From Gonapodya sp. JEL0774 (Eukaryota): DNA of 64,000 nt. The position numbers and the translations under genes were made by a program. Under the pieces are notes generated by a model. The model did no database searches, was not told the DNA's origin, and worked only from the letters and a program-made list of their open reading frames with translations. Below are positions 12,837 through 24,588 of this stretch, piece after piece (positions within the stretch are counted from its first letter, which is position 1; every line of letters starts with the position of its first letter). The DNA lies in contig JADIIX010000007.1 of the NCBI GenBank assembly GCA_027604505.1, positions 186,001 through 250,000 on the forward strand. The letters run 5' to 3'.

Positions 12837-15800
12837 ATGATGGAGGAAGTCAGCATTCCCCCGCGAGAGACGTTTCGCCACGAGGTTCGAGTTGCCAAAG
12901 CTCCCGTTGAGCTCGTCTACTCCTTCGCCACCCGAGGCAAGAATATTGCGTTCGGGCTTTTCCGGAGACATCCGAGGAGTGCATCAGATGCAGGAGCTCC
13001 ACCAATTGCGCCTATATGCCCCCCTTTGTCGGGGCAGACTGCTGTTACTCTGTCGACCGCGACGCAGTGGCACATATCCGCTCCCACTAGCCATCACAAT
13101 GCATTCTCGTCCTCCCCGGCACTGTCCCCAGCTTCATCGCCTAAATCTTCTCCTCGTGGATCCCTATCCAGGCTTATTGCGCCGCTCCAGGGGTCTGTAC
13201 AGCAACATAGTGTTGGTCTGGCAGACAGTCACGAGATCACGCCACTTCCAGCAACCCCAATATCTCCGATATTAGGACGAAGCACGCAATTTGCGAATCC
13301 AAAAGTGCTCTTTGGCAACTTGGGCAAATCCACAACTGTCAACACGCAACCGCCGAATGCTATCACCTTAGTGAATCCCCCATCCCCCGCTCACACACCA
13401 ACGGTGATAAATGGCTCCACCGGATACTTTGCACAACCTCTGAATATCTTACCCGGCAGCTCCTCTCCGACTTCTGTGCACGACGGCTCACATCGGTCTC
13501 GCACACCGTCTTTGAGAAGTGTGCCCCTCGTCAGTAAACCGAGGCCCAGGGAGATTCTTGAGGAACTTATTCCTGTACAGCGGTATGAGTCCAGCAAATA
13601 CACGATAAAGGGTTCCTTCTTAGTGGAGGAGCCTGGTGGTGAGCGTGATATCTCTCAAGTTCAAATTTCGGTTTCCATTTGACTGAGCTGTCGGGCACCC
13701 ACAGATTACCTGCTCGTTTTTGACAATACCTTCTCTCTCAGCACCTCCAAAAAGGTGAATTATTTTGTTGCTATAAAGGAGATCGGTGAGGGATATTGGC
13801 AATTCTGGGTCTTGACGTCACTGCAAATTTTTCTTATCACGCATTATCCTGCCCCGGACCCAAAGATGTGAAGAGTTCGCAGCCGCGAAATGTACTTGAA
13901 GGATGGTTGTGGAAGCGCAAAAAGAAAAGGCTTCAAGGCATTTATTCTATTTGAGCTTGCATTTACAGCTTATCTTCTCATTCTTCGTGACTTTCGAACC
14001 AGGCTGGGCGAAGCGCTACTTGGTTTTGGACTCAAGTGGGAAACTGACTTACTACGAACACCCGGGGTCGACTCTCCGAGGGGTTATGCGAATGTCGGAG
14101 ACTGTCATAGTTGTCGAACAGGAAAAGCGTGAAATATCGCTGGGTAAGCACAGCCTTTATCTATGCAACCTGCCGTCATCTCAAATATTGATTGCTTAAT
14201 CCCTCTGCCCATGTTCCTGGTAGATGACGGCACTACTATCATGCACCTCAAATCCCCTGTTCCTGCTGAATTCTTCCGTTGGGCAACTGCTTTGCAAACC
14301 TACGAACACCGTGTACGGCATAGATCAAGTGTCGCTCCATCACCGTCCCCCGAACCTCGTGTCAGCAATGGAGACATCCAGGGACTCTTCATTCCTGCAA
14401 GGAGCTTGGACGCAAAAACAAGTGGCACAGTTGAGCGCTTGCACGTAGCTCCACCGTCGAGTGGTGAATCGACACCTCATATAAACAGTGGGGTCCCCTC
14501 CTTGACAATCGATATGACGGGACCTCCGTTATCTGCAACCTTATTTTCTTCCGCGTCCGACGATGTTGGGAGAATGGGGAGAGAGTGGTCAGAAGTGAAG
14601 AGCAAGGTCGAGGAACTCGGCTTTCTGATCCGCGGCTTCCGCACAGAGAGTGGTCCAGGTACGGGTTGGACAAAGGAATTGAGGAACTATTATTCCGACT
14701 TATTATTTGTTCAGTTACTTCGCAGCCTACGAACATTAGAGACCTTTTGCATCGTCTGCAGGGAATCTCTGACTCACTTCAGACATCTATTCCAACTCTT
14801 CACGTTGCATTTCATCATCTCGAGACAGCGCTCTTCAATGCTGTTTCTGACCATAATGTAATGCGTCGAGCCCAGAATCTAGATTTGGTTTCTACGCAAA
14901 AGTATCTCGTCAATGCGGTCCGTCCTGCTTCTATTTACTCCACTGGAACCTCAGATGAAGAATTTTTCGACGCATTACAAGGTTCCGTAATTGTTGTTGA
15001 TGATGAAAACGAGGATGAAGGAGATCCTGATGACGCAGAACAAGATGAGACACAAGATACTTCAGAGCAGCAATTCGATGAACTGGAAACTTCATCAGGG
15101 TCATCGAGTCGCGGGGAAGTATCTCAAGCATCAGATGCCTTGAGTGAGGTGGCTGTGAACAAGTTCCGGGAAGCCACTTTGGTCGCTTCGAGATCTCAGC
15201 AGCCCCCTATTGGACTCCAGGTGATCCGAAGAACTGTTCTGCCTTCTACTGGGGCTCCTGAAAGCCCTGTCTCGATGTTGTCCATACTAAGGCGAAACGT
15301 GGGCAAAGACTTATCCACTGTCAGTATGCCAGTTGCGCTGAACGCGCCGCTTTCAATTCTCCAATGCCTTGCAGAGGAGTTGGAGTATGCGCAGGTGCTA
15401 GAACGAGCAGCAGAGGCAGCTGATCCTGTGAATCGGATTATGCTAGTCGCGGCTTTTGCTTGTTCCACTTACGCCAACACACTCTTCAGAGCTGGTAGAA
15501 AGCCATTTAACCCCCTGCTGGGAGAGACCTACGAGCTGGTCAGGAGTGATAAGGGTTTCCGATTTATTGCAGAAAAGGTGTCTCACCAACCGTAAGACGA
15601 AGATTTTGCGCTTTCTTCTACTTCGAGACCGCAACTGATGGCTCTGCCTCCAGGCCTATCATGGCGTACCACTGCGAGTCCTTGAATCCTGATGCATACG
15701 CGGTATTCCATGAGTCACAAGCCAAAAGCAAGTTTTGGGTCAGTCTAATTTCGCGATTTCGTGCAGAGGTTGAAAATATCTCAATTATCGCGCATTTCAT

Positions 15801-16820
15801 CAAAAGGGAAAATCATTGGAGATAATGCCGACAGGGAGCGCGGTACACGTGCATCTTCGCCGTCGGAATGAAATCTACACGTTCAACAAGCTCTCGACGT
15901 TTATGAAGAATATAATAGCCGGTACAAAGTACCTCGAACACGTTGGAGAACTTACGGTTACAAATCACACAACTGGCCATCGGTGTATTCTGAGTTTCCG
16001 AGAGAGCGGTTGGTTATCGTCTGTGAAAAATGAGGTCACTGGCTCGGTCTTTGACTCGATAGGGAAAGAGGTGGGAAAGCTGAGGTAAGAATGAGACTGC
16101 TGCTTAAGAGTACCCGCTGGTTGTGCATTAACTGATGACATACAGCGGTCGCTGGGACCAAGGGGTTTACAAAGTTGATCTCGACAATCCAGAAAAGCTA
16201 GAGTGAGTTCTGAGTCAAAGATCTGGGGACGACAATCTCATTTTGTTGTCCTTGTTCCCAATGCGGCTATAGGGTCTTGTGGAGAGTGACTCCATGGCCC
16301 GTCAACACTCAGGAGCAGTATGGCTTCACTTCTTTCGCTAGTACGTTGAAGAGTGGAGGGGCCAGCGAGGTTTGAATCGTTGATGCAACGGTCTCTCTTT
16401 CTTTTTTGCTTTCGTTCCTTTGAAACATCACGTAGTTGAGCTGAACGGTGAGTAACCCGGGTGAACGAAGGACGTTGCTAGAATCTTCGTACGAACTTTC
16501 AATATGTGGTCTATTGTATGCATCCCGAAGAGCTCACACCGGATCTAGAGCCAGAAATAGCTCCGACAGATTCTCGAAGACGGCCTGATCAACGCCTTTT
16601 TGAAAATGGGGACACGGAGAGAGCCGAAGTGGAGAAAGCTCGACTCGAACAGGCTCAACGTGAAAGAAGAAAAATCAACCCAAATCACAAGCCTCGGTGG
16701 TTTGAAAAGCGAGAGGATCCATACCGAGCGGGCTCCGATGGTATGACATGGCAATATAGTGGACAATACTGGGAACGACCTTGGAAGAAGGGTGTCGCAA
16801 CAGAAGCAATCTTCATGTGA
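12837..16820 (+). CDS. OSH3: Oxysterol-binding protein, Osh3-type (split GOLD, PH, ORD domains)
   Basis: GOLD halves (EVSIPPRETF..KNIAFGLF and YLLVFDNTFS); PH EGWLWKRKKKRLQGWAKRY; ORD NVGKDLSTVSMPVALNAPLSILQ, RKPFNPLLGETYE, EKVSHQP, APTDSRRRPDQR. Confidence 0.93.
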
Positions 16821-17074
16821 ATATTGAGGAACAATCTGAGACTACTACATAACATAACATAGATATTGCACCACACTTTGTCAAGTATTCTAATTCAGTA
16901 TTCTGATAATTAAGGGTATGAATGAAAGAATTGAAGGATGATAATTAGAAAAAGCATTGGGATCCCGAAACCTTCCAACAGAATGTGTCTGTGATAAAAA
17001 ATAAATGGGTCCTACTACTCTCATATACTCGTGATCGGAGCTCGAGTCAAAGTGCCCCGCGCGTTGAACTGTCT

Positions 17075-20036
17075 TTAATCGGGCTCCCGCTTCCCTTTCC
17101 CTGACCTGATGGCCTGCGGAGAATGCCTGCCCAACGATGAACACCGCTCTGGGAATGACAGAGGAGTAGGGGATAATTCAGAAACCGACAACTGTACTGA
17201 GGCGAGGCACCCTCGGGGGAAAGTGCCAGACTGCGCCGTGGTTCTGTTGGTGCCCTAGAAACCCCAACAGTGAGACAAGCATTCACAGCCCAAAACACAA
17301 AACTTACCGCACACCATCCATCGTTGTGTTCAAAAATGCAAACGACGTCGTCCCCTGGTGACAGAGCAATTTCGTCCTTCTTCTGAGGTGTGAATGGATG
17401 AAGCACTTTCAACACTCTCTTTGGTGGTAGAGGCGGGGGGATGTGCTTTTCACGCTGCCTCCGCGAAATGGAACCGACTGAAGAAAGTGGTAATGGCGAT
17501 CCAAGGCGTGGGGTTGTCACCAAAAGGCCGTTGACAGCTGGTGTCAAGGTTGCATTCCAGAAAGATTCCCCGATAGTCGTCGCATATTTGCCGTTCCTTG
17601 CATGGCCATTCACTGATGGACTGGAAGGTTGGTCAAGCTCAAGGGTTCGCGCTCGACCAGCATCATGGCCTAGCACCGATATTTGTTGATCCCTTTCTGC
17701 AACAAGCAGCTCCAACTGTGATGTCCTTTCCTGCAAGTGCTGGATCTCTCTGTTCGCTGCTGCCAGCTGCTGTCCAATTGTCTCCTCCACCATACGGTAC
17801 TTTTCAATCTCTCGCTCCAGTACCACCGAGATAGTCCTCTCATTTTCTCTGTCCCGCTCCCTCTGCGCTGTGACCTCAAAGCGCATCGACTCTTCGAGCT
17901 CTCGGATCCGCGCAAGGAGCTCAGTTTCCCTTTCCTCATAAGTTGGGGTCCGTTCAGAAATAACCCGTTCAAGTTCGGCTATGCGAACCCCCTGTTCCTT
18001 TTCTTTGGTGTGAGCAAAAAAGCTTTGATCCCTTAATGCCCGTTCCAGATCATTTATCGCCCGTTGCAATTCCTCCTCTCGCCGAGTGAAGGTTTCTGAC
18101 TGTCCCCGCAATGTCCATTCCAGCTCACTAACTCGGCGTTGATGTTCCGCCTCACGCACAGCAATGATATCTTCAGATTCACGAAGCGCATTTTGGAGTT
18201 CTTCGAAATCGACTGCTTCGGATCGCTTGCGCGAGCTCGCTTCTGCGATACTGGCCAGTTCTAGTGCGTGTTCTTCCTCACGCCTCAAGAGAGATGAAGT
18301 AATGTCGGCAATTTTTGCTTCAAGGGCCGTCACCATGTTCTCTTTTGTCTCCAGTTGATGTTGTAATTCTTCGCAGGTTTGGTGATTTTCAGCGAGTTGA
18401 TCTGCGAAAAGCTTTTCACTCTCGTCCAGGTGCGCTTGATAAGCTTCAAGCTGCTCCTGAAGTCTTTCTTCCAGCTCCGCGATCTTGCGTTGTCGCTCTC
18501 CGTCAATGTGCCTGTGTTCGGCTTCGATGGTTTCGAGTCTGTCCTCCAACGCGCGCATCTTCTTGCCAGGTCCATCACCCACCATCTCCGCCAGCTCCGC
18601 AATTTTTGCTCTTTGAGACTTTACAAGAAGCTTCTGCTCTGCATCCCTCTCAGTAGATGACTTGTGAAGGTCCCTCAACTTCTTCTTCAAATCAACAATC
18701 TCTTTACGCTGCTTCTCTTCAAGTGCGGTCAAAGCTGTGGTAGACTCTTCCTCTTTCAACGGTGTTAGCTTGCCTCTGTCTCCTTGGCCACCGTTGAATA
18801 GTCCCAGAGTAAACTGAATTGGGGCAGAGTTCTGGCGCCCCAATGATGAAGGGCCAATAACTCGTTTCCCTCGTTCTACCTTCGGTTCTGGGGGAGCATG
18901 TGATTCTACAAGTCTCCGTATTTCGTCAGCACCATCCCCCTCAAAGGCTTTTGCTGCTTTGCGCTCCTCATCGCCAACCTTGGCTCCGTGCCGCAGAAGA
19001 AGTGCCACAATCTCCGTGCGCGGTTGAACATCCATCCAACGACATACTTGCTCGTCCGAAAAGGGGTTCTCTATAGTGACATCCGCACCGGGAGGGTTGA
19101 AAGGCCATCGATCGCTTGTCAAGGCGAATTCCAGGGCTGATTGGAACGTGAGGTTATCCTTATAATCGGACAATTGGTGCGTGAATGTGTTCAGAACGCT
19201 CCCGGGAGATCATTGCTCACGTCATCCCACGCTCCGTTTCCGTCATCCCAATTATCTGGACTCCAGAAGTCATTGACATTGGCAATCTGGATTCCGATTA
19301 ATGTTTGATTGACATTACAATTTATGAAACACTTCACGCTCTCACCTTCCATGTAATTGGGGCGTTTGGGTTTGCACCTATGAGAAAGGCAAAAAGTTGG
19401 CGTGGGTATTGCGGAACCGTGAATGGTGACGGACAGCACGTACCAGCTTCCAGTAATGCCTCGACGATGTCACTTCTTCCATCCCTCACCGCCACGGCAA
19501 GAGCACTTTCACCGAGACTCGACTCAGCCTCTCTGCTGCCATCAGGCATTTCCACATCCACTGTTATGCGTTTCCTCGATACGTCGGGTCGAGCTCCACG
19601 CTCCAGAGCATCTTTTGCTGCATTCAGGTCGCCGCGTTCGATTGCCTCAATTAAAAGGGCATTCGCTCCTGCAGTTGAGGTGTTCAGGGAAACAGCGTGT
19701 AGTTAGAAAAACGAATCCTCATGGTTCCCTTATCACAAGTAGGACGAGTGCTTTTCCACAACCACATTCCGAGGCGGACTGAACGATTGTGAACACATCC
19801 TTCTGTTTTTAATCTGTACTCACCTGTCCATGCGGATGATTGTCTGAGAGTAGCAGCGAGCATTGCATGCGACGAATGGAAGTACGGGGTATGTAACGAC
19901 CTTGTGTCTCTCAGGGAAGCTCTTCTCCTGAAACAGAGTTTCCAGGTCCAACACTGTGTGTTCTCTTTCGTTCACTTGATGTTTCTTACGGTAGAGTAAG
20001 GGGTATGTCGTCCTCTTCTGTCAGCGACGAATTCAT
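17075..20036 (-). CDS. Ankyrin-repeat / long coiled-coil / C-terminal SH3 protein
   Basis: ANK: NALLIEAIERGDLNAAKDALERGARPD; GESALAVAVRDGRSDIVEALLEAGANPN; EIVALLLRHGA. About 350 aa of heptad-rich E/R/L sequence. SH3 VLHPFTPQKKDEIALSPGD..DGWCA|GTNRTTAQSGTFPRGCL. Start exon less certain. Confidence 0.75.
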
Positions 20037-20188
20037 TTTGTCTTCTAATTTATCGTATCCGCACCGCCCGATCATATCCTGAGTATTGTGCATATATCAG
20101 CCACACCAAGCAGAACCCACGACGCGCCCCAAAAATTTAAATTTGAGTGCCAACTCCACAATACGTTTTATTTAAAAGCATACACCTT

Positions 20189-23100
20189 TCACTTTCTCCA
20201 TGACCTCTCGCTACCACCGGACGACGAGGAGCCCGCACCAGCACCAGCACCTCCACTCCTCTTCCATGCGGGTACAGGTCTCTCTGCATCAGCAGGTTTC
20301 TCCGGACGCCTGTCCGCTTCATCTGCTGCTGCACCTCGCTTGGAAGGAGGAACATATTTCCCGGAACTGCCGCCAGTGGTCGTGCTGAATCTGCTATCAG
20401 GGTCGTCCCCCCCCGAACGACCCAGCGGGCGTCGGTCTGCACTTGCCGTCTCAGTGCGATCAGCGTTACGCCTCCACGTAGTACCTCCCCCTTCCCCTCC
20501 CTCCCGCTCCCTGGGAGATTCTCGTTCTCTCCCAGGATCCACTGTCCCTCTACCCGAATCCGACTTTTTCCATGACGGCCCCATGGAATTTCCGCCTTCC
20601 TCCCGCCTCGCTGAGGGCACAGACTCGTCTCCCGCTCCACGAGCTGAGGCATTGCGTCTCCAAATTCCTGGTGATGGCGATGCTTGGTCGTCTGTCGTCG
20701 CACGTGCAGACTCTGCACGGCGCCATGGTGTTGTACCAGAGGAGCCACTTGCGTCCGCTCCGACTCTACAAAATTGCGTTAAGTTCTCCGCACAACGCAA
20801 CAAGGAGTTGAGAGGGGAACACAAACCTCTTCCATTTCTGGCCATCGTCTCCTTTCAGCTCTGCGTCCCGGGCCCGCAATTTTTCTTCCGCCTCTCTTTC
20901 ACGCTCACGCTGCTTCGCGGCTTGCTCGTTTAGTTTCCTGTCGAAGAGACAACTCTTTTAGAACTGGACTCTTGAGTAAAATGGAGGGTGCCCGTACGTA
21001 TTACGCACTTGTCTCTCTCGGCCCTTTCCGCCTTTTCGCGCGCGAGCTTGTCGGCCCGCTCACTCGCAAGCCTCTCTTCCTCCTCCCTCCTCGCCCGCTC
21101 TTGCTCTTCCTTTTTCTTCCTGTCCGCTTCCTCTTGCTTCTTCCGTTTCCGATCAGCAATAGCCTTCAACCGGACTTCTTCCCGACGAGCGTTCTTGGCT
21201 TCCTCCATCTCTCGTGCCACTTCTTCTTTAAGAGCATCAAACTCAGCCCTCGTACGCGCCTCTACCGCGCTCCTGAATTCACCATAATCCATCATAATTC
21301 GAGCTAAGCGAGCTTTATCTGCCAGACCTTCCTCAAACTTTTGACGCGCCTCGGCGATTTGCTGCTCACGAGCCTTGCGACGACTCTCGGCAACGTGTTG
21401 ACTTATTTCTTCTTGTTTTGCAAGTAGGAGCGGCCGCTCCTCCTCGCGGAACGCACGCTCGGTGTGATCAATTCTCTTTTGTGTAGTACGAAGCTTGGTT
21501 TGAAGATCCCGTTGTTGCTGTTCAGCTTGCTTTCTTTGAAGCTCCATGAGCGCGTCGGCATCCAGGGTATCCAACTTCTGGAATGTGAAATGCGAAGGAA
21601 CATACAGGGGACACACGGTGAGCACACCTGCGTCCATGCATCAAATCGATACCTCCAAGCGGAAGTAACTCACTGTCTGATCGATACCCTTCACCTTTTT
21701 GTCCTTCATCTCCGCCGCCAACTTCTGCTTTAGAGCAGCAGCTTGGTCTTGCACAATCTGCGCTTTGGCAGCATCAATCCGCTCCCGCTCACGCCGCTTC
21801 TCCTCTTCTGCCAGTCGAATTCTTTCAGCTTCTGCCTCTTTTTTCTTTTGAAGTGCTTGCTCCCGCTGTTTCTCTTGATCCTACAGAGGTCCGACACATC
21901 AGAGGGTCTTTAACTACTCACTTTCATTCACAGGAACAATCTACTCACCTTACGCGCCGCTTCCGTCTCCCGTTTCTCCTTCTTTTTTTCGATCAAGGAG
22001 ATTCTTTCCGCGACTAACTGCTTCTCCTCCTCCACAGCTTCTGCAGCCATCCTCGCCGCCTCCTCTGTCTCTTTCCTCCTTGCCAGAGCACTCTCGGGGT
22101 CGATGACACCAACCACTGCGTGCAGACGCTTGGCTAACCTCACGACCTGCAATCTCATCTGCTCCGAAGGCAGCGATTGGAGTCTGGGGCCTTCCGAGAT
22201 GGAACCTTTAGAAGACTCGAACGGGTCAGCCTCAAAAGTAATGGAGTTGGTGCGGTGGTCGACACGGATAGAGAGTTCGCCCTTGCGGCAGCCATTCATG
22301 ATAAAACGCTCTATTTCCACAGCATCCACGCTGTATGGCGGTGGAAGAGACAAAAGTTCGACAAGGAAGTCGATTTTGACAGTAGTATAGACTTGGGAGA
22401 GCTTTGGTGCAAGAAAAGAACGGTAAGTCACTCTCTTCTAGTGTGCGACTCCAGCAACTTCTCAATCTCACCTGCTGCAGTAGTCTTGTAAGAACCACTT
22501 GTAAAAGTGGTTTAATGTACTTTGCTAGCTCCGGTTGCTTTGCGAGGCTGGTAACCACTGGCGCGATCCGCTTGCAAATCGACAGGGGATGGAATTGCAC
22601 TTCCAGGATGTTGTACAGTTCGCGCACTTCCGGGCGTACACGTGAGAGGATGTTGTTGCGGGACAACTGGAAGCGTCGTAAATTGAGGAGATGGGAGGCG
22701 GGAAGTTAGTACGCTTTAGCCAAGCGCCATGCAATGTGACCGCACTTAACTCACAGCTTCCTTAAGCAAGCCCTCCCTTGTTGGAGCTCGTGTTGCCCGC
22801 AGCAACGACGTAAGCCTCTGCGTCCGGGACTTGTCGTCGAAGTCAAGCCTCGATTTGGCAGTCGTGATGATGGGAATGGCCAACATAGAGACCAAAACCA
22901 CGGAGGCGACCCTGAAAATCAATTTTCGAAATCTCAGCTTGTTAGTGATACGGGGAAAAAGAAAACAATATACGTACTCTTCGTCAGTTTGGTTCTTGCC
23001 GGCCTTGACGATATTGTAATGCCTGCTGCCAGCCGCAGCGTGGAACAAGTAATTATCCCCCACCAAGAAAATCTTCGCCAGTTTCTCATAATAATTGGCC

Positions 23101-24197
23101 ATCATGTATGGCTTAGGTTGCTTCTTGCTCATTGACAGCAGGTTGTGCACATCTTCAACACTTCTGAACGCTTCCTGCCACAGCTCGAGGTCCGCCGCGG
23201 CATTCAACTGTGCAAAACGCGTGTCCAGGTGACGCTGAAGTGTCTCCGGGTCGGAAAGGTTTACAGCATGTGACTGGGATTGGTACTTCGCGGCAAGGGT
23301 GAGGTGCTGCCGGAGAAGGTCGCAAAGACGACGGAATTCGTTTGAACGTCGGTACCGAAGACAAAATTGAAAGGCTTGGTTGGCCACGAGCTGATAGGAA
23401 GCAGTGCGCGGTAGAGTGCGTGACAGGCGACGGCGAGTCAGATATCATAGATAACGAACAAGCCTTTCTGAGGGATTCCCTGAGTGCTCAGACTCACTTG
23501 GTACAGAACTTCCAGTCTCGCATTGTTCCTCAAGATATCCATTGCCGTGCGGTAACTCTCCCACAAAAATTTCAGCCACGGAGTCACGACCTCCCTGTCA
23601 GTTCTGTCTCTACCCTGCTCCCCGCTAACAGCGCTCATAAGAACACTCTCCGGGGTCTCGGTCGCATCAAGATCCTCCACAGTCTCGAGGGTCATGGCGT
23701 CGGCGCGCGCCTGAGCAGATGCGACTTTGGACTCAGCGAGTTCAATGAATCGTGTGATGACCGTCTGGAAAGTAAAAACGTGATGTTAACTCGCGATGCC
23801 CGCTGAGGTCACCCATTCCAAATCCCACTTCAGCTCATATCAAATTGCAAACGCACCTCAATAGTAGCAACCGACGTGTTTTGCGCGACATTCTTGTACT
23901 GGTGTAAACCCTCCTTGGCCTGCTTTGCCTGCCTTAGCTCCACACAAAGCTCCACGAATCTAATTGCAATCGGTTCCAGGGAAGTAATTGGAATAGACCT
24001 GGAGCGCTTTGACATGAGAGATTCATAGAGGGCATCCAGAGCTGCCTTAGGCTGATTAACGGCGAGGAGGTCTGTCGGGTAGAGGGTGTTGTGCATGGTG
24101 TGAATGAAGGAACGACAGCTACGCGATACGTCTGTGCCAGGCAGTGGAACGCACCCTCAGCCCGTTTCACCGCATTTTCCTGGTGAGGTTGCGGCAT
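20189..24197 (-). CDS. EIF3A: Translation initiation factor eIF3 subunit a
   Basis: [64 protein letters not shown] domain; charged spectrin-like region; RG-rich tail KYVPPSKR. Confidence 0.96.
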
Positions 24198-24588
24198 TGG
24201 AGAGTGGAGATGGTTTGGGCAAGTATCGTTGTTGTGAACTGGCGAGGTCCACAGCTGGCGAAGAAACGGCGAGAATTGAAGGACTCACAGGTCGATGGTA
24301 GAAAGGAGGCATCTTTTGAAATGAATTCGGAAGAGTATGTTGGGTGATTCGTTGTGGATCCAATTTGGGGTGGGTGAGAAGGTGTGTCCCAGATGGAGCA
24401 CGAGGGAGGATTTTGGGAGATTCAGAAAGAGCTTAGAAAGGTGAGTTGACGTGAAACAGACCTCTCTCAGGCGTGGAGACGGTGAAAGAGAAGCAGGTTA
24501 TTGGTGAAGTTGGAAGGGAGTGGGCTGGAACGAACCTTGCACCAGAAAACAAAACTTTGACCCTGGTCAGAACCCAAATCCAACGAGG

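Noticed and set aside
12960..13540. Ser/Pro-rich insertion splitting the Osh3 GOLD domain as a novelty
   Set aside because: A low-complexity insertion in this domain is, to my knowledge, typical of fungal Osh3 proteins.
20088..20933. 281-aa plus-strand ORF
   Set aside because: It is the antisense shadow of the low-complexity eIF3a C-terminus.
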